Assembly (NCBI GenBank): GCA_050124795.1
Contig: JASFEO010000004.1
Coordinates: 1,968-65,967, forward strand
Direction of reading: 5' to 3'
DNA from: Candidatus Pacearchaeota archaeon
Lineage (GTDB): Archaea; Nanobdellota; Nanobdellia; Pacearchaeales; GW2011-AR1
Length of the DNA stretch: 64,000 nt
Of the stretch, positions 27,801 to 37,046 are shown piece by piece. Under the pieces are notes generated by a model. It searched no databases and was not told where the DNA came from. It saw only the letters and a program-made list of their open reading frames with translations. A program made the position numbers and the translations under genes. Within the stretch, counting starts at the first letter, position 1. Every line of letters starts with the position of its first letter.

Positions 27801-28468
27801 TTTAACTCAGCCTCGATAAAATCTTCTTTAGTTAATCTAAAGCATCTTGAACAGCAGGTTAATAATTCATTTGATAAGGAAAAGCGACTTTTTCTGATTC
27901 TATCAAAATAAGTAAAAAGATAAACTTCAATTCCTCTTTTTTTAATGTCTTGAATAACAGGGCAAAAATCTGTGTCAGAAGAAATAAGAATTATTTTTTT
28001 TATTTTAGGGTAATCTTCTTTAATGTGGCTTAAATCAATTGTCATCAAAGTATCAACACCTTTTTGCTTATAGATAGGTTTTCCATTTATTTCTAATTTT
28101 TGAACCCTCCCTTCTTTTATAGTAATTATTTTATGCTCACTTAATGACTTGACAAAATTTTCATATCCTTTTTTTCTTTTTCTTTCTTCAAGTGTTGGCG
28201 GTGTTCCCTGAAAAGGCGGAGCAACATAAATAAAAATATGCTTGCAAAACAAACTTAATTTTTTTGATAAATTCTTAGCAAGTTTTATATAACTAATTTT
28301 AATCTTTTGCCCGCTTCCAAAATGCATTGAAAGTTTATATAAAAATCCCTCGTCAATAAACACAAGAGTTTTATCCAAAAAAAAGTCATCTAGTGACCCC
28401 TTAGGATCACTAGGGAACATCTTAAAATTATTAGATTTTTCTTCTTTATAAATTTTTTGCTTAATCAT
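27797..28468 (-). CDS. NYN/LabA-like (PIN-fold) predicted RNase
   Basis: VFIDEGFLY..., KGVDTLMTIDL and ILISSDTDFCPVIQDIKKRGIEVYLF match the NYN domain acidic motifs. Confidence 0.7.
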   Translation of the reverse strand: MIKQKIYKEEKSNNFKMFPSDPKGSLDDFFLDKTLVFIDEGFLYKLSMHFGSGQKIKISYIKLAKNLSKKLSLFCKHIFIYVAPPFQGTPPTLEERKRKKGYENFVKSLSEHKIITIKEGRVQKLEINGKPIYKQKGVDTLMTIDLSHIKEDYPKIKKIILISSDTDFCPVIQDIKKRGIEVYLFTYFDRIRKSRFSLSNELLTCCSRCFRLTKEDFIEAELK

Positions 28469-28469
28469 T

Positions 28470-28931
28470 TTAATTTGGAATCTTTAACTTGGATTCAGAA
28501 ACTTGTTTATTTTTCTTTAATCTTTTTTCTTTTTCTTCTTCACTAATCCACTTAGACTTTCTCTCAAGTTCATCAACTAATTTTTCTCTTGTTTTTTTAT
28601 TATCTTTTGTTCTCACTAGAATTATAACTTTATCTTTGCCAAAAAAAACATCAACCTCAAATTTTTCATTCTGAAAAAACCAGATCACATCAACTAAATC
28701 AAAAACCTCTTTAATAAAAACCTTCTCAGTCTCCCCTTCATTATCATCATCCTCATAAGTTCTCACAATAAACTTGTCATTTATTTTTCCTTTATCAAAA
28801 CCTAAACTTCCCATAAAACTCAAAAAACTTTTTTTGAAATCTTTTGTCTTGTCAAAACTATATCTGTGCCTAAACCCATTATTATCTGTTCCATTTAAAA
28901 CTAAATTTTTCGGAACTTTGATTTCTACCAT
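28470..28931 (-). CDS. hypothetical protein
   Basis: 153-aa ORF tightly packed between the GatC-like and NYN genes. No motif recognised. Confidence 0.55.
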   Translation of the reverse strand: MVEIKVPKNLVLNGTDNNGFRHRYSFDKTKDFKKSFLSFMGSLGFDKGKINDKFIVRTYEDDDNEGETEKVFIKEVFDLVDVIWFFQNEKFEVDVFFGKDKVIILVRTKDNKKTREKLVDELERKSKWISEEEKEKRLKKNKQVSESKLKIPN

Positions 28932-29179
28932 TTCTTCCTCTCTGCGATTATAAAATCACTTGTTTTTTTTGGAGCATTAAGAAACATTACTTCTCTTGAA
29001 AAACTCTCATCACACTTCTCTCCTTCTTTTCTTTCACAATCTTCTCTCTCAATTAAAGAATCAGAAATTTCTCTATCAACTTTTTCTAGCTTTTCTGAAA
29101 AATCATCTAAAATTTCTTTAGACTTTTTTCTGATTTCTTCTCTTTCTTCGTCTGTTACCTTATGATGCAAAAAATCCAT
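28925..29179 (-). CDS. GatC-like small subunit, tentative
   Basis: 84 aa. ILDDFSEKLEKVD and the C-terminal MFLNAPKKTSDFIIAE resemble GatC (..Il.yv..L.evD.. / ..l.NAP...dgyf.VP). Confidence 0.4.
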   Translation of the reverse strand: MDFLHHKVTDEEREEIRKKSKEILDDFSEKLEKVDREISDSLIEREDCERKEGEKCDESFSREVMFLNAPKKTSDFIIAERKKW

Positions 29180-29254
29180 AAATAAACTTAGAATTAATAG
29201 TTTAAAAGAATTGCTTAAATAAAAAACAAAATAAAAAATTAAAGAGAGATTTAC

Positions 29255-29344
29255 TTACTCGTCGTCTTCGTCATCCCAATCATCTTCTTCAGATTCCTCT
29301 TCTTCCATTTCTTCGTCTTCTTCATATTCTTCGTCATATGACAT
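29255..29344 (-). CDS. 29-aa extremely acidic micro-ORF
   Basis: MSYDEEYEEDEEMEEEESEEDDWDDEDDE. GGAGG (complement of 29355-29359) lies 10 nt upstream of the ATG. It sits in an otherwise empty 310-nt intergenic region. Confidence 0.35.
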   Translation of the reverse strand: MSYDEEYEEDEEMEEEESEEDDWDDEDDE

Positions 29345-29490
29345 TTTGGAATTTCCTCCAATTTAAAATTAATGCTATTAATCCAGGCTATTTTTAAACA
29401 TTTCTATACACTAAAAAATAGAAATAAATCTTAAGATTTGTTGTTGGCAAGTTCAGTTATATTTTTAAGATTACAAAACCTAAGTCATCT

Positions 29491-29934
29491 ATGGAAGAGA
29501 TTAAAATTAGAAAAGCCAAAGTTTCAGATGTTGATACACTTTTAAAAATTGGGAATAAAATTGAAGAGTTTGAAGTTGATGAAGAACAAAATTCATTTTG
29601 GACAAAGGAACAATTAACTAACTGGGTTAAATCAAAAAATGATGTGATATTAATTGCAGAGTCTGATAAAGAAATTGTTGGGTTTGTAACTTTTGCACTT
29701 CATATTCCAACAGGAAAAGTGACTTGGGAAAATGCCTGGATAAATCCAAATTTACGTGGGAAAAATATCGTAGGGAAATTATATAAGAAGGCAGAGAAAG
29801 AATTAAAAGATAAAGGAGCTAAATATATTTGCGGCATGACAAAACCTACTAGTAAAGCCTCAATTAAAATGCAGGAAAAATTAGGATTTGAACAAGGTCT
29901 TAAATTTATTTGGATGTGGAAATTTTTAAAATGA
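29491..29934 (+). CDS. GNAT-family N-acetyltransferase
   Basis: IVGFVTF...LRGKNIVGKLYKKAEKELKDKGAKYI is an acetyl-CoA-binding motif A-like segment. Confidence 0.7.
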   Translation: MEEIKIRKAKVSDVDTLLKIGNKIEEFEVDEEQNSFWTKEQLTNWVKSKNDVILIAESDKEIVGFVTFALHIPTGKVTWENAWINPNLRGKNIVGKLYKKAEKELKDKGAKYICGMTKPTSKASIKMQEKLGFEQGLKFIWMWKFLK

Positions 29935-30671
29935 AAAACAAATTAAAAAACAAATTTTTTGATATAAATAAATTTCCTTCAAAAGAAGGAATGTTAGTTT
30001 TTGGAATTTCAATGAGCAAAATTTCAAATATACAGAGCGCAACAAAATGTTTTGATTATATCAAGGAACTTACAAATAAAGTCTCATATCCTTATGTAGG
30101 TTTAACATTTTTATATTCAGATAATCTTTATTTATATCAAAAAGGAGAACCCTCCAAACTAAACAAAAGGTTTCAGAATTTAATGATTTCTCACAAAAAT
30201 GAATTTCAAAAAATTTTAAATAAAAATCTTTGGTACATCAGAGACTCTTTTGGATTTATCACATGGAACCAGGCACTCCTCGAGACAAAAGATTTTATAG
30301 GTTACTTCTCAAAACTAAAAGAAATCTATAAAAAAGATAAGACTTTTCAAAAGTATCTAAGAGAGGATATTAAAGAATCAAAGAAAAAAATTAATGAAGA
30401 AAATATTATGTTTATCCTAGAAGAAATTTTAGTTTGTTATCTTGCTTCAAAAGGAATATTAAAATTCCCAAATAAATTTCTTAATGGAAAAGAAAAGTGG
30501 GTTATCTGGTGCTATCCTGGCAAGCCATTAAAATCTGAGATATATCTATATCAAAAGAATTTTTTTAAATTGCAAAATAAAGAAAACGATTATGAAAATT
30601 GTTATTATGATTTGGAAGAAAATAAATTATATAATTACGATAATGTAGATTTAAAGACTTTGAAATTATAA
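29931..30671 (+). CDS. hypothetical protein
   Basis: The start was set at ATG 29931, which overlaps the GNAT stop (ATGA). 246 aa. No motif recognised. Confidence 0.55.
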   Translation: MKNKLKNKFFDINKFPSKEGMLVFGISMSKISNIQSATKCFDYIKELTNKVSYPYVGLTFLYSDNLYLYQKGEPSKLNKRFQNLMISHKNEFQKILNKNLWYIRDSFGFITWNQALLETKDFIGYFSKLKEIYKKDKTFQKYLREDIKESKKKINEENIMFILEEILVCYLASKGILKFPNKFLNGKEKWVIWCYPGKPLKSEIYLYQKNFFKLQNKENDYENCYYDLEENKLYNYDNVDLKTLKL

Positions 30672-30765
30672 AATCACTCTATATTTTTATCCTTAATAAT
30701 TTCGCCTGTGCAAAAATCTCATTATAATTATTCAGCACAAAACTAAAAATTCCTAAAGGGGATTT

Positions 30766-32067
30766 TTATGGTGTCAACCTATCCCTATCCCTCGGAAATA
30801 AACATGCTTCTCGAATATTTGGCAAATTCAAAATCAACATTGTCAGTCTCTCTAAACCCATTCCCCAGCCAGCATGAGGGGGGGCGCCAAATTTAAAACT
30901 ATCAATATAACTTTTGAAATCTTTTGGATTTAATTTATTAGCCTTTAATCTTTTTTCTAATAAATCAGGCAAATGAACTCTCATGCCCCCGGAAGTTATT
31001 TCCATTCCCTTGTAAATTGCATCAAAACCAGTTGACAAATTTTCACCTTTTGGCATAATATAAAATGGCTTCCCTGCAATTGGCCAGTCATGCACAAGAA
31101 CAATAGTATCAGGAAAAAGTTCTCCTAATTTCTTTTCACCTTCACCTGTCAAATCATGCGAATCAATACTCACTTTTTCTTTTTTCAAAATTTTATTAGT
31201 CTCTTCAAAAGTCAAATACTTAACCTTAGGAACCTTTAACTTAACTTCTAAAATTTCCAATTCCTTTTTATTTTTTTCAATAACTCTCTTTATAATAAAT
31301 TGAACACACCTATGTAAAACATCCATCACAACAAACTCATCTGCAAAAGCCTGTTCATAATCAAGTTGCCTTGCTTCATTCAAATGTCTGACTGTGTTGT
31401 GTTTCTCAGCACGCCAAACAGTAAAAATAGCAAAAACTTTTTCCATTGAACATGCTAAAATTTGCTTATACAATTGGCAGCTTTGCGAAAGATATGCTTT
31501 CTTTTCAAAATACTTTGCACTAAATAATTCTGTTCCTCCTTCAGAACTTGAAGAAATTATCGACGGGAAAAAACACTCTGTTGCATTTTCTTTTTCCATG
31601 AATTCACGATATGCTCCTGCAATAGTTGACTGAACTTTGAAAATGCTTTGAGTTCTCATTCTATGCAAATCAAGTCCGCGATAATCCAATCTCTTTGGTA
31701 GTTCGGTTTTTGAAAATTCTGAAACATCAATTGGCAAATCCTCTGCAGAATTAATCAAAACAATTTCACTTGGAACAATTTCTTTTCCTCCTGGCGCCTG
31801 CTTTGAATCCTTAACACTTCCCTTAACATAAACAACACTCTCTCGCGACACTGAATCCATTAAATTGAAAATCTCATCACTTGTCTCTCCTTTCACACCA
31901 ACAATCTGGATAATTCCTGTTAAATCCCGCAGCAGCATAAAACGAATTTTCCCTAATCCCCGAGTATTACTAACCCAGCCGGCAAGTTCAACTTCTTTTT
32001 TATCTTCCTTGAAAACTTCATTAATATGAATTCTATTTTTTGTTAATTCCTGCAAATTAATTTCCAT
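30766..32067 (-). CDS. aspS: aspartyl-tRNA synthetase, archaeal type
   Basis: OB-fold N-domain (VELAGWV..RGLGKIRFMLLRD). Class II motifs (WRAEKHNTVRHLNE; GAPPHAGWGMGLERL). C-terminal FPRDRDRLTP. Confidence 0.9.
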   Translation of the reverse strand: MEINLQELTKNRIHINEVFKEDKKEVELAGWVSNTRGLGKIRFMLLRDLTGIIQIVGVKGETSDEIFNLMDSVSRESVVYVKGSVKDSKQAPGGKEIVPSEIVLINSAEDLPIDVSEFSKTELPKRLDYRGLDLHRMRTQSIFKVQSTIAGAYREFMEKENATECFFPSIISSSSEGGTELFSAKYFEKKAYLSQSCQLYKQILACSMEKVFAIFTVWRAEKHNTVRHLNEARQLDYEQAFADEFVVMDVLHRCVQFIIKRVIEKNKKELEILEVKLKVPKVKYLTFEETNKILKKEKVSIDSHDLTGEGEKKLGELFPDTIVLVHDWPIAGKPFYIMPKGENLSTGFDAIYKGMEITSGGMRVHLPDLLEKRLKANKLNPKDFKSYIDSFKFGAPPHAGWGMGLERLTMLILNLPNIREACLFPRDRDRLTP

Positions 32068-32097
32068 AAAAGAAACAGAAAAAAGGGATTTAATAAA

Positions 32098-32490
32098 TTA
32101 TCTCTTCTTGTGAGTTCTCTTCACATGTTTCTCAATAACTTTCTTAACAGTATCCTCAAACTCTTCTTTTGCAGTTTGTTCTTGTTTTACATCCCGCTTT
32201 ATTTCACTTACCTTTTGAGTTACATGTTTTTTAAAAAGCGCACTTGAGATATTTGAAAATAAATAAAGAGCAGTTGCAACTCCGAAAAATGCAAAAAACA
32301 TTGTGAAAATTTTTCCAACATCAGTCGATGGTGACAAATCTCCATAACCTATTGTAGTAACAGTCACAACAACAAAATAAAGTGAATCAATAAAACTCCA
32401 GCCCTCGACATTTTGATAAATCAGTGCCCCAATTAAAATACCAAAAATGAATATTCCTAAAATAATAATTACATTACCTCTTATTTCCAT
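32098..32490 (-). CDS. minimal two-TM potassium channel
   Basis: TVTTIGYGD selectivity filter between two TM helices. 130 aa with a short charged tail. Confidence 0.8.
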   Translation of the reverse strand: MEIRGNVIIILGIFIFGILIGALIYQNVEGWSFIDSLYFVVVTVTTIGYGDLSPSTDVGKIFTMFFAFFGVATALYLFSNISSALFKKHVTQKVSEIKRDVKQEQTAKEEFEDTVKKVIEKHVKRTHKKR

Positions 32491-32600
32491 AAAACAAGAA
32501 AGAAAAATAGGTTTTTAAAATTTAGTTTTTATTGAGTATCCCCCTGAAATATATTTTGCACTAGCATTAAGTTTTTATAAACTGCAATTAACTAAAAAAT

Positions 32601-32969
32601 ATGTCCCTTGAAGAATTTGCAGTTACTCTTGAAGAATTTGATAAAGCTATCAACATATTCATAAAAGAAAAATGCGAAAAACATTGCGACCATCTTGTTC
32701 ATAAAAATTGCGGCGGAGACATAAGAGTAGGATTTCTTAATTTATTTTATTTAAATGAAAATGGAACATTAGATCCAGGAGAAGATGGATTTGGAATCGG
32801 TCCAAGAAGAGTTCCATATTGTGAAAGATGCTTCCCTCCTGATGGCTTCAAACACACATATGCATATAGATTTCCAATTTTAAGGGAAAGAAAAAATAAT
32901 TATAATTGTGAATTCACATGGGGCAACAAAGAGATTACTCAAGGAAATAAAAAAATACTTTTGGAATAA
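32601..32969 (+). CDS. hypothetical Cys-rich protein
   Basis: 122-aa ORF. CEKHCDH...NCGGD...PYCERCFPP suggests metal binding. No family recognised. Confidence 0.5.
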   Translation: MSLEEFAVTLEEFDKAINIFIKEKCEKHCDHLVHKNCGGDIRVGFLNLFYLNENGTLDPGEDGFGIGPRRVPYCERCFPPDGFKHTYAYRFPILRERKNNYNCEFTWGNKEITQGNKKILLE

Positions 32970-32991
32970 GAATAAAATAGATAACTAAAAT

Positions 32992-33780
32992 TTAGTTTTT
33001 ATTTACATCAACCAAAACATAATCTCCTTCATAACCAACATTATAAACTTTTGATTTTCCGATTTTTGCCTTACCTTTCCCTTCGTGAAGATGCCCGCAA
33101 AAAACATAACGAGGTTCATTCTTTTTTATATAATTTAAAATCACTTTACTTCCTGCATGTTTTCCAATCCAAGGTTTTGGAGCTCCATATTTCCCACTGA
33201 CTTTATCCAAATAACCATAAGGGGGTTGATGACAAACTAAAATATCAACTTTTCCAAAACCATTCAAAATTCTTTTTGCTTTCTCAGTTTGTCTTTTTGC
33301 ATTTTCAAAACGTTTTTTATCTTTAATTCCAAATTCTTTTAACCAACACGTATCAATAAAATATTCCAAAAACCCAACCCTCAATCCATTAATATTTCTT
33401 AAAACATTTCTAACAAGATAAAAATTTTTTGTGTTCTCGATTTCACTCCTTAACCTAGGAAGTTTTATTCCAAGCCTCTCTTCATCTTTTTTTATTTCGT
33501 AATCAGTTGCAGTTCCGGCATTTCCGAGAATAGAATAAGTAGGAATATTTTTTGGTAATTTTTCTAAAACATCCTTTGTAGAATAATAGACTTCATCCCA
33601 AATTTTCCTTTGAATTTTCGGGTCTTTTTTAATTATATCTCTTTCTTCGCTACTTTTGCTAAGATATAAACTTCTAGCTAAATCAGCCTTGGGTAAATCT
33701 CCTGTGCACAAATTTAAATCTGCCTTAGGAATCTTCTTAGGCAAAACTCCGTGCGGGTCTCCAATAACTAATACTTTCAT
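32992..33780 (-). CDS. metallophosphoesterase
   Basis: VIGDPHG, GDL, GNAG, CHQPPYG and GHLHEG are the canonical calcineurin-like motif set. Confidence 0.8.
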   Translation of the reverse strand: MKVLVIGDPHGVLPKKIPKADLNLCTGDLPKADLARSLYLSKSSEERDIIKKDPKIQRKIWDEVYYSTKDVLEKLPKNIPTYSILGNAGTATDYEIKKDEERLGIKLPRLRSEIENTKNFYLVRNVLRNINGLRVGFLEYFIDTCWLKEFGIKDKKRFENAKRQTEKAKRILNGFGKVDILVCHQPPYGYLDKVSGKYGAPKPWIGKHAGSKVILNYIKKNEPRYVFCGHLHEGKGKAKIGKSKVYNVGYEGDYVLVDVNKN

Positions 33781-33823
33781 AAGATAATTGGGAAATCCTA
33801 GTTTAAAAGATTTACCAATAAAT

Positions 33824-35266
33824 TCACTTAGTAAATTTTTTAATTATCCTCATAGCCCCTCCCCCGTCGACTTTTCCCTTAAACTCTTTCATCACAAGAC
33901 CCATATAAGCATTAGGGTTTAATCCGGGTTTTTCTTTTATCATTTTATGAATCTTTTCTTCAATAGAACCCAAATCATGCTTTTCAATTTTTATTGCATC
34001 TTTAAAATTTTTCCCACTAACAATTTTCATTAAAACTTCTTTTGCATCCTCCTCATTAATTTTTTTCTTTTTTATTGCACTTAAAATATCCCCTGCAAAA
34101 TCCATTGCAACTTCATTCACTTCATTAAAATCCTTGTTAAGTTTCTTTGAAATTTCTTTTGGAAAAAGTAAAATAAGTTTTGCAATAAAATTAATATCTG
34201 AATAAATCCCTAACAAACTTTTAAATTCATCTAGTTTATTCTGCTTTAATAAAAGTTTTATCATCTCTTCACTAAGACCTTTTTTCTTTAATTCATTAAT
34301 TTCTTCACTTCGTAATTTAGGCAAATTCTTTTTTACTTCATCAATAAAACTTTTCTTGATTTTCAAAAGTGGCAAATCAGTTTCAGGATACATTCTATCA
34401 GCTCCGGGCATTGGCCGCAAAAATTCAGTTGTTCCGTCAGGATTTGGCTTTCTTACAGTTGATTCAATTTTCTCTTCTTTCTCAATTAGTTTTAACTGTC
34501 TTTCAATTTCATTGTTCATTGTAGAAATAATTAAATCAGGATTCTGAACCCCTTTAAGTTCAGTTCTCACACCCCCTTTTATTGATAAATTAACATCCTG
34601 CCTGATTGTCCCAAGTCCCCGACGAACCTTGCAACTTCTCAAGACATCCCCAATATGCAGAGCCACTTCACGAGCTTGTTCAGGATTTTTAATATCAGGC
34701 GCAGTTGCAATTTCGATCATAGGAATTCCTAATCTGTCAAGACGATAAATAACTTGCTTTTCACTTTTTGAAATTGGTCTTGCAGCATCTTCTTCTAAAA
34801 AAATTCCATCAATTCCAACTCTGCCAAATTCAGTTTCAACATATCCGTCTTTAGCAATTAAAACAGTTCTCTGAAAGCCAGTTGTGTTTGAGCCGTCAAT
34901 AACCGTCTTTCTCATAATCTGAGTAATTGGCATAATTTTGCAATTAAGTAATAAAGAAATTTCCAAAACAATCTTCAAGCTTTCAGAATTTATTTCATGC
35001 GGCGGCTCTTCATCTAACTCAACCAAACAAGTCGTGTCATAACCCTGATAAACAAATTCTTTATTTTTTGAAGCCTGATATTCTGCAGCCAAATCCACAT
35101 TCCCGCTCTCACCTGCAATTGCATGAAGTTTCCTTTTCACAATAAAATCAGGATCATCCTGTCTTAATAACGAAGGACACCTGCAAAAAAGTTTCGAAGT
35201 ATCCAACTGCTGATGAATTTCAAGTCCTGACTTTAAACCTAATTTTTCATAATCAAAATTTTCCAT
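33824..35266 (-). CDS. gatE: Glu-tRNA(Gln) amidotransferase subunit E, short form
   Basis: YEKLGLKSGLEIHQQLDTSKLFCRCP, CLVELDEEPPH, IDGSNTTGFQRT and a YqeY-like tail (GLVMKEFKGKVDG). 480 aa. Confidence 0.85.
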   Translation of the reverse strand: MENFDYEKLGLKSGLEIHQQLDTSKLFCRCPSLLRQDDPDFIVKRKLHAIAGESGNVDLAAEYQASKNKEFVYQGYDTTCLVELDEEPPHEINSESLKIVLEISLLLNCKIMPITQIMRKTVIDGSNTTGFQRTVLIAKDGYVETEFGRVGIDGIFLEEDAARPISKSEKQVIYRLDRLGIPMIEIATAPDIKNPEQAREVALHIGDVLRSCKVRRGLGTIRQDVNLSIKGGVRTELKGVQNPDLIISTMNNEIERQLKLIEKEEKIESTVRKPNPDGTTEFLRPMPGADRMYPETDLPLLKIKKSFIDEVKKNLPKLRSEEINELKKKGLSEEMIKLLLKQNKLDEFKSLLGIYSDINFIAKLILLFPKEISKKLNKDFNEVNEVAMDFAGDILSAIKKKKINEEDAKEVLMKIVSGKNFKDAIKIEKHDLGSIEEKIHKMIKEKPGLNPNAYMGLVMKEFKGKVDGGGAMRIIKKFTK

Positions 35267-35314
35267 AAATAAAATAAATGAAAAGAGTATATAAAATTTC
35301 GGATGATCACTTAA

Positions 35315-35926
35315 TTAACAAAGAATTTTATTGTTATCCCCATTACATAGAATTTCTAAATTTTCTCTTTCACAATAATCACTAATTAATTTTTCTCCAA
35401 CATTATTAGGAATAGAATGATTTAAAACAAGAACATATTTCTTATTTCCCTGAAGAAAGTTTCCAATAAATCTTGATATAACTTCTCCTTCCATTCCATT
35501 TGGCGCACCTTTATCCCTTAATTTTCCTGAGGAGAATTCAAGAATATATTTTTTCCCAGATTTATCTAAAGTTAAATATTCAAAATTAACTATCTTACTT
35601 GAATCACCTGTTCTCCAATAATCTCCCCAAATTTTTGGTTTCATTCCAAGAGCAACACCCATGTAATGTTCAGATCTTAAACCAGCAGACTGAGTTTTCA
35701 TAAGATAAGAAGTTGCTCTCCTCCACAAATCCATTTTTTTTGGAGATAGAGTTTTTAGAAATTTAGAAAAATCATGAATTGCTTTAGTAGCATTTTGTCT
35801 ATAGATATTTTTTAATGTGCAAAGTTCTCCTTCAGAAATTTCCAAATCCCTCATAAATTTTTCAGGGAAAATCAAACCTTCGGCTTTCAAAACATTTTCT
35901 AAACAAGGACTATCTTTTCCAATCAT
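35315..35926 (-). CDS. hypothetical protein
   Basis: 203-aa ORF. No motif recognised. Confidence 0.55.
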   Translation of the reverse strand: MIGKDSPCLENVLKAEGLIFPEKFMRDLEISEGELCTLKNIYRQNATKAIHDFSKFLKTLSPKKMDLWRRATSYLMKTQSAGLRSEHYMGVALGMKPKIWGDYWRTGDSSKIVNFEYLTLDKSGKKYILEFSSGKLRDKGAPNGMEGEVISRFIGNFLQGNKKYVLVLNHSIPNNVGEKLISDYCERENLEILCNGDNNKILC

Positions 35927-36047
35927 AAAAATCCAAATAAACCCCCACTTTTAAATCTTTCTATTTGTATTTCCTAATTAGTTACAACAAAAACAAATAA
36001 TCAAATAACAAAAGTTAAATTTATATAATAAAAACAAATCAACATAA

Positions 36048-36509
36048 ATGACAGAATTAGAATCAGTTAAAATCCTAAAAGGAAAAAATATTCCTTATAG
36101 ATTAATTAAATTATCAGACAAGGGCATCTCATTTGAAGATGTTATCAGAAATGCAGAAGACAAAATCAATCCTGATGAAATCTGCAAGACAATTGTGGTT
36201 AAAGATAAAAAGGAAAATAAATACGCTTTCTTACTTAAAGGAAATCAAAAAATAGATTTTTCAAAAGTAAAGGAAGTTATTGGCAAAAAAGCAAGCATTG
36301 TAAGTTTTGAAGATTTAAAAAAATCAATAGGAAAAGAACCCGGCGCCATCTGTCCTTTTCTTTTAGACATGCCGATTTATATTGACAAAAAAGTTTTTGA
36401 AACTGAAAAAATAAATTTTGGTTCAGGAGACCACTTATATGGATTGGAAATTTTCTCAAAAGATTTGAATAAAATAATTCAATTCCAAAAAGTAGAGGTT
36501 TCAAAATAA
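36048..36509 (+). CDS. YbaK/ProX-like aminoacyl-tRNA deacylase
   Basis: ICKTIVVKDKK..YAFLLKGNQKIDFSKV...GAICPF...INFGSGDH fits the YbaK-fold pattern. Confidence 0.7.
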   Translation: MTELESVKILKGKNIPYRLIKLSDKGISFEDVIRNAEDKINPDEICKTIVVKDKKENKYAFLLKGNQKIDFSKVKEVIGKKASIVSFEDLKKSIGKEPGAICPFLLDMPIYIDKKVFETEKINFGSGDHLYGLEIFSKDLNKIIQFQKVEVSK

Positions 36510-36566
36510 AATCCCAAAAACCAGAACTTTAGAAATATTTATAATCCTCTAATCACATTAAGTTTC

Positions 36567-36986
36567 ATGCAAAAGAAAAAAGTTGAAAAAAATAAAGAAA
36601 ATAAAAAAGGAGTTGCAAGGATTATCCCGACATTTTCAACACCAAAAACAATCGGGGAAAAAACCTCAGACTGGCTCACAAAATGGGCAGGAAGCTGGGC
36701 ATTCATAATAATATTCTTTTTATTCCTTGGCTTATGGATGGCAACAAGCGGCACAATAATTTTAAAATACATCAAAGGAAATTTAACAGACCCTTACCCA
36801 TTTATCTTGCTTAATCTTGCTCTCTCATGTCTCGCAGCAATTCAGGCGCCAATAATTCTAATGAGCCAAAATCGGTCAAATCAAAGAGACAGACAAAGAG
36901 CAGAATATGACTATGCAGTAAACAGAAAATCTGAAAGAGAAATCCAGGAAATAAAAAAACTTCTTATGAATATGAAAAGAAAATAA
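36567..36986 (+). CDS. DUF1003 membrane protein
   Basis: Two TMs. LNLALSCLAAIQAPIILMSQNRSNQRDRQRAEYDYAVNRKSEREI is the DUF1003 signature. Confidence 0.7.
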   Translation: MQKKKVEKNKENKKGVARIIPTFSTPKTIGEKTSDWLTKWAGSWAFIIIFFLFLGLWMATSGTIILKYIKGNLTDPYPFILLNLALSCLAAIQAPIILMSQNRSNQRDRQRAEYDYAVNRKSEREIQEIKKLLMNMKRK

Positions 36987-37046
36987 TCCTTCTATAAAAA
37001 TATTCAAAGAACATAAACTTTTAAAACAAAGACTAATATAAAATCA

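Noticed and set aside
311-27819. Numerous 60-145-aa ORFs antisense to, or out of frame within, longer genes in this span (e.g. 311-520, 1425-1685, 2754-3260, 12072-12308, 15351-15932, 16236-17498, 19540-19801, 20899-21252, 25513-25925, 26416-27819). Further shadow ORFs of the same kind lie beyond it (e.g. 45287-45724, 57310-57927, 58475-58854).
   Set aside because: Each is fully contained in a longer ORF with recognisable motifs or context. Their compositions are dominated by F/L/S/I/K, as expected from the reverse or shifted reading of AT-rich codons.
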